Assembly (NCBI GenBank): GCA_002952755.1
Contig: CP025011.1
Span: 810,001 to 842,000 of the forward strand
Length of the DNA: 32,000 bases
From: Candidatus Saccharimonadota bacterium
GTDB taxonomy: Bacteria; Patescibacteriota; Saccharimonadia; Saccharimonadales; UBA4665
Direction: 5' to 3'
The translations under genes were made by a program, and so were the position numbers. The notes under the pieces are model-generated. The model saw nothing but the letters and a program-made list of their open reading frames with translations, was not told where the DNA came from and ran no database searches. Shown here piece by piece: positions 1-7,870 of this stretch (its first letter is position 1; every line of letters starts with the position of its first letter).

Positions 1-33
1 ATAGACAAGCTAATGCACAAAAAGGGGGATTCT

Positions 34-657
34 ATGGCCAGGAACATAAAAACAGCTGAGGGTCGTCGCTCTGGCGGCGTCACCTTAGGCGTCACGCTAA
101 GCGCTACTGCCTTAGCCCTCACTGCTTGCGGTAAATCGTCGGCAGCTAAATCGTCCGGCGAGACACCCGCTTCAGTATCGACACCAGCCACATCGTCCAT
201 CGTTTTTGTAGGAAAATCGGCACTACTACGTGTTTGCGACGGCTTCTTTACGCAGCAGCAGCCCGACGGCACGATAGAAGTTGTCGGTCGCCCAGCTGTT
301 GATAAGACTAATTACCCCCTAGATGTAGAAACACAAAGAGAAGGCGGAATACAAGCCGAGCCGAAAACACATGAACCAGGCATAATTACGTGGTACGACA
401 TACGCGGACAGTGGGTTAGCAGCGTAGACAAATTGCCATGTAACGACATTACAGTGCACAGCACTGAGTTAGACCAGCCTAATGGACAACCGCCTATCTG
501 GGTTGCGACATCCAGCGAGCAGCCAGCGCCCCCGCATTGGGACGCTCTCGCGCTCAATCCAGCGCACTTCGGCGGAGTCGCACTCGACTACGGCCCTATG
601 CCACAGCAAGGATTACAGGACACCCTTAAGCTAGCTGGGCAAAACTCAGCCTCGTAG
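34..657 (+). CDS. putative secreted lipoprotein, unknown function
   Basis: This lies in ORF 13..657. The ATG at 34 follows an AAGGGGGA SD-like run. The N-terminus MARNIKTAEGRRSGGVTLGVTLSATALALTAC-GKSS has a charged n-region, a hydrophobic core and an LTAC lipobox-like motif. I see no catalytic motif. Confidence 0.55.
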   Translation: MARNIKTAEGRRSGGVTLGVTLSATALALTACGKSSAAKSSGETPASVSTPATSSIVFVGKSALLRVCDGFFTQQQPDGTIEVVGRPAVDKTNYPLDVETQREGGIQAEPKTHEPGIITWYDIRGQWVSSVDKLPCNDITVHSTELDQPNGQPPIWVATSSEQPAPPHWDALALNPAHFGGVALDYGPMPQQGLQDTLKLAGQNSAS

Positions 658-719
658 CAAATTTCAGGACAACGTCGGCGAGTACGCCTGGAAGCGAAAT
701 ATGCATTAGCGCGATAAAA

Positions 720-1424
720 ATGCTAGTTGTTATGAGCGCCCAAGGGTACTATACTAATTCGTACCATATGTTTGAACTAGCCATTGTAGGCATCTTTGGA
801 TTACTTGCGTTCCACAACACGCGCACCCATGACGACGAATTTTTAGGCGCATCGCGTAAAATCGGTGATCGCATGGGCAAACTCTGGGATATTGCCCATC
901 AGGGCATGCGCGAAAACCGCTTGCTTCGTGCCGAAAAAGCCTTGTTGACCATCTTAAAGATAGATGAGCGCAATGCTGCCGCCTACAACCGCCTAGGTAT
1001 TCTCTATGCCAAACAAAAAGAATACCGTGACGCCATTGACTGTTTTGAAATCGCCAGCAGCATCGAAGCCACGCCCTCAAGTTTGCATAACTTAGGGCTT
1101 ATTTATTACGAAACAGAGAATTACGAAAAAGCTGCTATCGCTTTCGAGCAAGCTCTCAAGCTGGAGGATTCGCTGGCCGCCCGCCACGTCGCCTACGCCA
1201 AAGTCCAGGAGAAGCTCGGCAACGAGAAATTAATGTTTCAATCTCTCGAAAAAGCCGTTGATCTGGAGCCTAACAAAGAAACCCTTACGCTGCTTCACAA
1301 AGCCTACCTCGACCGAGGCCTGCAAGCCGAAGCCGACATGATCGAGCAAAAACTCCATAAACTTATTGTGCCTGCCGGCAAGCCCAAGCGTATGCTCCGT
1401 CCTGCCAAACGTGTTGTAGTCTAG
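720..1424 (+). CDS. membrane-anchored TPR-repeat protein
   Basis: There is an N-terminal hydrophobic helix (FELAIVGIFGLLAF). At least three TPR-like units follow: AAYNRLGILYAKQKEYRDAIDCFEIA, SSLHNLGLIYYETENYEKAAIAFEQALKLED and ARHVAYAKVQEKLGNEKLMFQSLEKAVDLEP. Confidence 0.7.
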   Translation: MLVVMSAQGYYTNSYHMFELAIVGIFGLLAFHNTRTHDDEFLGASRKIGDRMGKLWDIAHQGMRENRLLRAEKALLTILKIDERNAAAYNRLGILYAKQKEYRDAIDCFEIASSIEATPSSLHNLGLIYYETENYEKAAIAFEQALKLEDSLAARHVAYAKVQEKLGNEKLMFQSLEKAVDLEPNKETLTLLHKAYLDRGLQAEADMIEQKLHKLIVPAGKPKRMLRPAKRVVV

Positions 1425-1475
1425 CTTCTTCCAGGACTCCATCACAATAAGATAATTGTCACATATAAATATATA

Positions 1476-1504
1476 TTGCGTAATATACGTGCACATGGTA
1501 TTTT
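1476..1504 (+). promoter_or_regulatory. sigma70-like promoter with extended -10, 6 nt from the ATG (leaderless candidate)
   Basis: TTGCGT (1476-1481), a 17-nt spacer ending in TGg, then TATTTT (1499-1504). Six nt (cctaat) separate it from ATG 1511, and there is no SD. Confidence 0.45.
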
Positions 1505-1510
1505 CCTAAT

Positions 1511-2044
1511 ATGTCCGAAATTGATCCTGATTCTCCAGGCAGCACTCCCTATATTGCGGAGAGTAATGCTTCAGAAGATGTTGCGAGAATAGCTGGTAAC
1601 AATCACTCATATATGGAAAGAATACTAAATGGAACCAAGCCTCTTTTTCCTACTGAAGAGTTGACGACAATGGCTCTTACTGCACATACAGCCGATACCG
1701 CGCTAAACCATCTGGATACAGCCTACAAAGCGATTTTGGGTAGGCATTACTTCATTGACGACAGGGGTAGAATAAAGCCAGACTATGAAACATTGCCGCC
1801 TTCCAGCTGTATGCCGCTTGAATTCCTTAAAAGCGCATTTAGCGTGGCAATACTAATGCAATCTAGTAGGCCAGAGGATGTCATTTCCATTGCATCGTTT
1901 ATTGCCAGTGAAGCAAATACCAAAAATGTCCGAGCCGAGAGGCAATGGGGAATCGACTCACAAGTATATGATCTTGAACGCAAAATCCTCCTGGACGGTG
2001 CGTCGCAGGCCATAATGGCGTACAGAGGGACTTTCGAGGCCTAG
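1511..2044 (+). CDS. hypothetical protein, tandem paralog A
   Basis: 177-aa ORF with no signal peptide or TM segment. It shares colinear motifs with the next gene: P.[FI]P[TS]E[ED]L, TAY..I, D..GR..P....P.S, and Y.L.R..LL.G...A..AY at the C-terminus. The local sequence is more AT-rich than its neighbours. Confidence 0.55.
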   Translation: MSEIDPDSPGSTPYIAESNASEDVARIAGNNHSYMERILNGTKPLFPTEELTTMALTAHTADTALNHLDTAYKAILGRHYFIDDRGRIKPDYETLPPSSCMPLEFLKSAFSVAILMQSSRPEDVISIASFIASEANTKNVRAERQWGIDSQVYDLERKILLDGASQAIMAYRGTFEA

Positions 2045-2141
2045 TGAAACCTCTACATCCAACTCAGTCTGCAGAGGCAGTGAATGGACGCGTAGGGTAT
2101 ATCCTTGTTACATATCTAATTATGATATAGGTTATATTAAT

Positions 2142-2702
2142 ATGCACGAATCAAATCCTTCTGGTCAATCATCCGAATCACAGCCAGGAGGTAGATCTCT
2201 GTTTGGGCGTTTCAAACAATATAGGCAGCGCGCTCATCAACAACGAAGAGAAAGGTTAGCATTTAGCATTCTCGGCGTAGAACCCATAATTCCCTCAGAA
2301 GATCTGCGCGATCTTGGCAATCTCGATAAGGGAGTTGACGCGGCGACCGCGCAGCGGAGGCTAGCGACAGCATACGCTAATATTGTTAATGATCGATTTG
2401 TCGTCGACGAGCACGGCAGGGAGCGCCCGAACCTCGATGCGATGCCGCGCAGCGAGCAAATTGCACTAGATTTGCTTCAAAATACGCACATAAGGGTTGC
2501 CGTCGCCGAGAGCATAGGCTTGGCCGAATCTCCACGCACACACATTGCTCATTTAGCCAACCTGCTGAACACAATGGAAGAGGGATTCCATGGGATTAGG
2601 CCAGCAGAAGCTCCCCCTGTAGAATATGCCCTTTATCGCGAAGACCTCCTCGCCGGTGTTCACATTGCCATGTCGGCATACGACAAATCAGCCGAAAACT
2701 GA
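2142..2702 (+). CDS. hypothetical protein, tandem paralog B
   Basis: 186-aa ORF. It is colinear with 1511..2044 at roughly 25% identity by eye. It has an extra basic N-terminal stretch (FGRFKQYRQRAHQQRRER). Confidence 0.55.
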   Translation: MHESNPSGQSSESQPGGRSLFGRFKQYRQRAHQQRRERLAFSILGVEPIIPSEDLRDLGNLDKGVDAATAQRRLATAYANIVNDRFVVDEHGRERPNLDAMPRSEQIALDLLQNTHIRVAVAESIGLAESPRTHIAHLANLLNTMEEGFHGIRPAEAPPVEYALYREDLLAGVHIAMSAYDKSAEN

Positions 2703-2894
2703 TAACAAAAAGCTAAGCTTTGGTCGAGGGCATTCAAGTATATAAGCAACTCTCGTAAAGCAAGCTAGGCCATGCCTCTATATCCTATCGTTAGAGTTAC
2801 TCTTGTGCGCCTCGCCGGGCTACTCAATGCTTTTGCATGCCCGTCCCACTATGTGGGGGGCGCACCTGCTGCAAATATCACAATTATGCAACCA

Positions 2895-2923
2895 TTGACA
2901 TTAATGTCATTTTAGTATAAAAT
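2895..2923 (+). promoter_or_regulatory. promoter of the surface-protein gene
   Basis: TTGACA (2895-2900), a 17-nt spacer, then TAAAAT (2918-2923). TATAAA at 2916-2921 is an alternative -10. A strong SD, GAGGAGG (2938-2944), lies 5 nt before ATG 2950. The perfect palindrome TGACATTAATGTCA (2896-2909) overlaps the -35. Confidence 0.5.
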
Positions 2924-2949
2924 GCTAGCAACCAGTTGAGGAGGATCGA

Positions 2950-4419
2950 ATGGTGCGTAACTTTTTTAAAAAAGGCCGTGTGTTAGCGGCCGGCGTAGTA
3001 CTTACGCTTGCTCTCACTGCGACAGCCGTGACGCAGTTTGCTGCTCCATCGCAGAGCGCGAGTGCTGATTCGGACTGTAGTCTTAATATTGTTTGTAATG
3101 GTTTGAGTGGTTCTAACCTAAGCCAAAACATCAGCTCCTTCCAGAGCCTGTACAATGCCGGCAGCGACGGTCACAACAGCGACCTGCGTGCGGTATGGCA
3201 GAATTGGATGGGCGCTACTCCCGCCATCGTGAATGGTATGAACACCAGCAACACCGTACTGGGCACCGTGCACAGTAATGGTGTGGTTGAAGTGAATGGC
3301 CGAACCGTTGGTACAGGCGCGATCATTACTGCCCGTTTTCACAAAGCTGGTTTTACCCAGGTAGAAGGCAATGTCTGGTCACGCCCAGTTACAACGTACG
3401 AATACTACAGCACCCGTCCGGCCATCATTTATATGCAGAACGGCCGCATGCTCTTCTTCGTGGAGATTCCTTGCGCTAACGCTGGTAAGGCTACGCCGAG
3501 CGCTCCCGAAATTGGGTCTTTAGGCTGTGCTAACAATGGCCTCGTACTGCTTGCCGGCGACACCGACAGCAAAGGCAACAGGACTTACACCTTGCAGGCA
3601 AACGCCCTCGCCAACAATGCAACTATTACCAGTTACACCTTCAACTTTGGTGCCGGCCAGGGTAGTCAAGTAGTGCGCACCAATGCATTAACCGCTACGA
3701 GTAGTCCGCATGTATATCCCCCAGGCAACTATTCTGCCGATGTGGTAATCGATGGCGTAGCCAATAGCATCTTCGCTACCGCACCCGGCCAATTCACCTG
3801 TGCTGCAAAAATTGTAAGCGTGCCACAACCTCCAGCTCCTGCAACACTTGTCTGTAGCAACTTGACGCTCGACAAAGGTATTCTCGACAAGAACACAGGC
3901 GACATCGCCTACAAACTGACCGCTCAAGCTTCGGTAAAAAACGCCACCATTACCAAATACATCTTCAACTTTGGCGACGACGCGAACACTACCCAAACGA
4001 TCACGACTAACGCCTTAAGCGCAACCAGTCAGAGTTTTACCTACAAAGCAGGCAAGACATACCACCTCATATACGTCACAGTAAACGGTACGAGCAATGA
4101 AGGTAAAGCCTTGGTAGCTGGCGGCGCCGACTCAGGCTGCGCCACTAATGTAAAAATCCCGCCGCAAACCTGTGCCACCGGTAGTAGCGCCCCGGAATGC
4201 AAGCCCGTATGTACTTCGCCTACGAATGGCAAGACATACCCGGTTGGCTCGCCAGAGTGTCAACCAGTACCTCCTGTAACCCCGCCTACGACCCCACCCG
4301 CTGAGAAGTTAGCGGACACTGGCCCTGGTGGCATTATCGGCCTGTTCCTGGGCACGAGCATCCTCGGTGCTGTTGCACACAACCTTGTCCTGAAGCGCCG
4401 CGCCTTTAGCCGCCTGTAG
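2950..4419 (+). CDS. cell-wall-anchored surface protein (LAXTG sorting signal) with two PKD/Ig-like repeats
   Basis: There is a signal peptide (MVRNFFKKGRVLAAGVVLTLALTATAVTQFAAPSQSASA). Two repeated modules of about 100 aa follow. A Cys/Pro-rich stalk comes next (CATGSSAPECKPVCTSP...ECQPVPPVTPPTTPP). The C-terminus is LADTG plus a hydrophobic helix plus KRRAFSRL, a classic sortase sorting signal of LAXTG type. Confidence 0.8.
   Translation: MVRNFFKKGRVLAAGVVLTLALTATAVTQFAAPSQSASADSDCSLNIVCNGLSGSNLSQNISSFQSLYNAGSDGHNSDLRAVWQNWMGATPAIVNGMNTSNTVLGTVHSNGVVEVNGRTVGTGAIITARFHKAGFTQVEGNVWSRPVTTYEYYSTRPAIIYMQNGRMLFFVEIPCANAGKATPSAPEIGSLGCANNGLVLLAGDTDSKGNRTYTLQANALANNATITSYTFNFGAGQGSQVVRTNALTATSSPHVYPPGNYSADVVIDGVANSIFATAPGQFTCAAKIVSVPQPPAPATLVCSNLTLDKGILDKNTGDIAYKLTAQASVKNATITKYIFNFGDDANTTQTITTNALSATSQSFTYKAGKTYHLIYVTVNGTSNEGKALVAGGADSGCATNVKIPPQTCATGSSAPECKPVCTSPTNGKTYPVGSPECQPVPPVTPPTTPPAEKLADTGPGGIIGLFLGTSILGAVAHNLVLKRRAFSRL
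3517..3819 (+). repeat. intragenic protein repeat 1 (PKD/Ig-like module)
   Basis: YTLQANALANNATITSYTFNFGAGQGSQVVRTNALTATSSPHVY... aligns with repeat 2, YKLTAQASVKNATITKYIFNFGDDANTTQTITTNALSATSQSFTY. Confidence 0.6.
3844..4158 (+). repeat. intragenic protein repeat 2 (PKD/Ig-like module)
   Basis: See repeat 1. The shared motif is Y.L.A.A...NATIT.Y.FNFG.......T.TNAL.ATS. Confidence 0.6.
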
Positions 4420-4434
4420 CGTAACCGCTCCCTA

Positions 4435-4470
4435 AAATATCTGCTGCACCTTAAAAAGCAGCAGATATTT
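4435..4470. terminator. bidirectional intrinsic terminator between convergent genes
   Basis: A perfect 13-bp stem, AAATATCTGCTGC (4435-4447) / GCAGCAGATATTT (4458-4470), with a 10-nt loop. It is T-rich at the 3' side on both strands. It sits between stop 4419 (+) and stop 4471 (-). Confidence 0.7.
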
Positions 4471-4974
4471 TTATTGTAAGAGGCTTTTCTCGGTACGAAC
4501 GTAATGGCATGTGTAACCGCCTGGATTCTTCTGCAAATAGTCCTGATGGTATTCTTCTGCCGAATAGAATCTTTTAAATGACTCCAGACTCGTCACAACC
4601 GGATCTTTATAGAGTCCGGATGTATTGACTGTTTCGATCATGGCTTCTGCAGTCTTTCGCTCCTCGTCATCCTGATAGAAAATTGCCGAACGATAAGATG
4701 ATCCAACATCGTTGCCCTGACGGTTCATAGTGGTTGGATCATGCACCCTAAAAAAGAAATCGAGTAGGGCAGCATAAGTGGTCTTATCAGGATCATACGT
4801 TATGGCTAGGGCCTCAGCATGTCCGGGGTGATTTTCGTACGTTGGGTTATCGTTTTCGCCACCAGTGTAGCCCACTTCCGTATCGATGATTCCTGGCTGT
4901 TCTTTGAACAACTCTTCTAATCCCCAGAAGCACCCCCCTGCCAGATATGCTACTTTCTTTGTCATTAGCTTCAT
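4471..4974 (-). CDS. msrA: peptide methionine (S)-S-oxide reductase MsrA
   Basis: Motifs present: GGCFWGLEELF (catalytic Cys motif), GYTGG, FFRVHDPTTMNRQGNDVGSSYRSAIFY and EYHQDYL. I chose the start at the internal Met (MKLMTKKVAYLAGGCFWG). The ATG at 4965 is also possible. The 31 codons upstream in the ORF look non-coding. Confidence 0.9.
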   Translation of the reverse strand: MKLMTKKVAYLAGGCFWGLEELFKEQPGIIDTEVGYTGGENDNPTYENHPGHAEALAITYDPDKTTYAALLDFFFRVHDPTTMNRQGNDVGSSYRSAIFYQDDEERKTAEAMIETVNTSGLYKDPVVTSLESFKRFYSAEEYHQDYLQKNPGGYTCHYVRTEKSLLQ

Positions 4975-5349
4975 AATAGTCGAGCTACACCACAAGAACA
5001 ATACCTCTGGATATAATGAAGATATAAAACTTAGAGCATGCAAAAAGTCTTGGCATACCCGTAGCACCGCAAAACGTTTAGGCCCTTACGTAAACCCACG
5101 CCTTAGCGCCGCTTACCAGTAACAGCGTCGTGTGTCTATAGGCGTTAGTTTCGTAGACGTGGAGCAAGGCAAGTTCCTCGTCGCTAATGCCAGAAAGAAG
5201 CAAAACGCCGACTGGCGGCATTGAGCGAGCTACATTCCTGGAGTGCCAGCGTTTGTACGCCAAGTCGAAAGCGGCGGGCCTCGGCTTTTGGTATATGTTT
5301 TTGATGCACTGCTTTACAGCAACCGACAATCTTTATAGTGTAGACATTG

Positions 5350-5398
5350 AAAGCGACCTTTCTGTTTTAGTGTTACAACCAAAACTGTAGGTCGCTTT
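5350..5398 (+). other. long-stem hairpin in an unassigned 400-nt gap
   Basis: AAAGCGACCT (5350-5359) pairs perfectly with AGGTCGCTTT (5389-5398). An inner GTTTT/AAAAC pairing is also possible. The hairpin is followed by TACTTATTT. Confidence 0.3.
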
Positions 5399-5476
5399 TA
5401 CTTATTTGGCAAAAAGTGAGTGTGGGTCAGCCAATATTCCACCCTCGTATGTAGATATAGTATACTACCAGGCATT

Positions 5477-6157
5477 ATGTCCGAATTACGGGTGGCCACA
5501 ACGGAACTTAGCACAGCATTACCTTCCTTGCCAGTAGAAAAGCTCACTCGTAGAACCGAGTTTCTTGCTACGAATGTAGGAGCTTTAACACTACGAGCAC
5601 ATAAAGAAGGAGGATTTGCCATATATCCTTTTATCTTAGATAGAGACTGGACCAAGACAGACCAGGAAACCGTCCGCCTGTTTCACGCAGACTACCCATT
5701 ACCTGACCGGGTAGCCATCACCTACCCAGATATTAGCCCCACTCTCAGAGTCTGGCAGTATATCGCAGTGCCGTATCAATCTGAGGGGGCAGGCCCAATG
5801 AAGGTAGTAACGAGAAAACACATGCTCGATTTATATGGATCATGGGAAACTAGTACACAAAAAATGATAAGAGCACTTGCCACTGATTCAGATTTTGATA
5901 GTAAAACGCCACTTGACGTGTGGATAACCGACCTCTTTCCGTCTCATAGTGATGGTCACATCATGAGGACAAGTGATGTACGGTTTTATAGTGAAGGCAA
6001 ATGGCCCCTCCCCCTTACTGAACGTCGTGATGAAGAGTCTATGCTGCAACTGCCCGATGGTAATTCTGATGGGATCGAAGAAAGTTTGGTAGCCGCACTT
6101 CGTAGCGCATGTATTGCCGTTAGGCAGCCAGAGTTATGGCAAAAGGATGCTCTGTAG
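5477..6157 (+). CDS. hypothetical protein (acidic, cytoplasmic)
   Basis: It lies in ORF 5420..6157, whose first codon is GTG. I prefer the first ATG at 5477. There is no signal peptide or TM segment. It contains DVWITDLFPSHSDGHIM, which resembles a motif in three other orphans. Confidence 0.5.
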   Translation: MSELRVATTELSTALPSLPVEKLTRRTEFLATNVGALTLRAHKEGGFAIYPFILDRDWTKTDQETVRLFHADYPLPDRVAITYPDISPTLRVWQYIAVPYQSEGAGPMKVVTRKHMLDLYGSWETSTQKMIRALATDSDFDSKTPLDVWITDLFPSHSDGHIMRTSDVRFYSEGKWPLPLTERRDEESMLQLPDGNSDGIEESLVAALRSACIAVRQPELWQKDAL

Positions 6158-6232
6158 ATTAATCAAATCTGCATTGGAGCAGAAGTGTCGCGTCCAGCCA
6201 TAAAACTTATTAAAAACGGCCCTGTACTCAAA

Positions 6233-6529
6233 TTATATCGCTACGACAACCTTAGCGCGAACATGGCTTGAACTGGCTGCTTCCTGTGTCTCGGCTCGGC
6301 GACTTCTCAAGTGAATAGACCTGTCGATATGGTATTTTGGCAGTTCAATCAATCGAGAAAGCGAATCGAGCAATTCTGTACCACGATTACCATTTGCAAA
6401 GGCACCGGCAATCATACGCTGCATCTTTGGACCATCAGGACCAGTGTTGCAGGTGAGACGACAGCGGCTGCGTATTTGGTCTAGTACCTCCGCCTTAACG
6501 GCCAGGTCAATGACTTTGTAACCTGGCAT
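6233..6529 (-). CDS. hypothetical small protein
   Basis: 98-aa ORF. A good SD (AAGGAG) lies 8 nt upstream of ATG 6529. I recognise no family. Confidence 0.5.
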   Translation of the reverse strand: MPGYKVIDLAVKAEVLDQIRSRCRLTCNTGPDGPKMQRMIAGAFANGNRGTELLDSLSRLIELPKYHIDRSIHLRSRRAETQEAASSSHVRAKVVVAI

Positions 6530-6695
6530 GCTTTGTAACTCCTTGCTTGCTGGTTATTCTACACTGTTGTCTCAGGCAGTGTGTTTAGTATACGGGGAGT
6601 AACTAAGAATAGACGCAATAGTTCCTTTATCCCCGCATACGGCAGCCGTCAGAAAAACTAACTTCGCTATACAATGGAGGCGTTCGACGTTTTCG

Positions 6696-7745
6696 CTACC
6701 ACCTAAGATTGATGTGATCCTTTTTTGGCAAGCCACCTAATGCAGATGAACCTAGCAGACGCTCTAAGTATAAGGGCACCTGATTGCCCTCAAGCTCTTC
6801 GGCGGCTGCGCCTAGGGCCTCACCAAAACGCGATGCCATGCTACGGAAAGAATAGCTCCAGCTAGCACCCCGCACTATTTGCGAGCGCAATAATTCAGCA
6901 AGCTGCCCAAGCAAAACTGTAAGCTGGTTGTCGAATGAAGACAGATTAACGCGCGATAAATCACCCGCGGTTATTTCATCTCCCATAACCCTTTTGATAA
7001 CCCTTTGGGTTATTTCGAGTCCCCGTGAAATTGGCACAAAACAATCGTCTGCGACGACTAAACCCTGCTCATCGGCGCCAAGCGAAAGCTCGAATAAACC
7101 TGAAGTGGTTCCAAGCAGCTGAGCACGACTACGGTACGGAGCGAGAGCTAGTTCGCTTTCTTTCCAGGCATCAACATCTTCTTTAGTTCCAAAGCGTCCT
7201 TTGCCTGCCTGTAGTGCCATCCATGCTTGATAACGATCTTTTTCGAGAGCGGTAGCATTTGGACCTTCCATATTGGCAACAGTTGAAGCCACCGTTTTAG
7301 CATATAAGCCTTGAGCAAGCGTCTCGTCGCCTGCCTTTTGTGCGGCCGTTATAGATTTAAAACCTTCAGCCAGGGCTTTGTTGGCGGCATCTGTTGGCCC
7401 TACATCAGGGTGTAATCGGCGTCCCATGCTTCTGCTTGTGATGCGAGGTGGTTCGTCCCTAGTTGTCACCATCTGTCTTCCGTGTTGACGTGCTATACGT
7501 ATCTGTTCATCGGCACTAAACTCCGGAGGTGTAAGATACTTCGTGTATAGATCACCCACTGCTTCACGATTTGGTACTTCCATGGTGGCGGCGGCACGCA
7601 ACACTTCTGCAGCAGCTCCCGTTGCATATCGGTGCACCTCTATCTGTTGCTGGGCTTGTGCGCCAATTTGGTCCAAGTCGCTACGAGCATACATAATTCT
7701 TGGAGCTTCTGGTAATTCAGTTACAAGTGCTGGCAGGTAATTCAT
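6696..7745 (-). CDS. hypothetical protein (349 aa)
   Basis: A long ORF with no competing frame, no signal peptide and no TM segment. It contains GLFELSLGADEQ, which resembles GILELSGGGAER in the 834-aa orphan. Confidence 0.6.
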   Translation of the reverse strand: MNYLPALVTELPEAPRIMYARSDLDQIGAQAQQQIEVHRYATGAAAEVLRAAATMEVPNREAVGDLYTKYLTPPEFSADEQIRIARQHGRQMVTTRDEPPRITSRSMGRRLHPDVGPTDAANKALAEGFKSITAAQKAGDETLAQGLYAKTVASTVANMEGPNATALEKDRYQAWMALQAGKGRFGTKEDVDAWKESELALAPYRSRAQLLGTTSGLFELSLGADEQGLVVADDCFVPISRGLEITQRVIKRVMGDEITAGDLSRVNLSSFDNQLTVLLGQLAELLRSQIVRGASWSYSFRSMASRFGEALGAAAEELEGNQVPLYLERLLGSSALGGLPKKDHINLRW

Positions 7746-7753
7746 ATGCGCAT

Positions 7754-7782
7754 ACTATATTATATACGAACGTTTTATACAA
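7754..7782 (-). promoter_or_regulatory. promoter of 6696..7745 with a very short leader
   Basis: On the minus strand: TTGTAT (7782-7777), a 17-nt spacer, TATAGT (7759-7754), then 8 nt to ATG 7745. There is no SD. Confidence 0.45.
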
Positions 7783-7803
7783 AAAACCGACCTCTAGTCG
7801 GTT
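7781..7803 (-). terminator. intrinsic terminator of 7871..9241
   Basis: The minus strand reads AACCGAC-TAGAG-GTCGGTT followed by TTTTGTAT. It lies 67 nt downstream of stop 7871. Confidence 0.6.
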
Positions 7804-7870
7804 GCTAAACCATCTGCAGGCCGGCCACGAACAATTTTTACTACTGAATTTCTAAGCTTGTATCTCACGT

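Noticed and set aside
4975-5067. 31-codon N-terminal extension of the msrA ORF
   Set aside because: The extension (MLRVCQDFLHALSFISSLYPEVLFLWCSSTI) is not MsrA-like. MsrA proteins normally start a few residues before the GCFWG motif.
5078-5390. Small ORFs 5078..5329 (-) and 5187..5390 (+) as real genes
   Set aside because: They overlap each other. One starts at TTG. Neither has an SD or a known motif. I kept the region only as an unexplained-gap finding, not as features.
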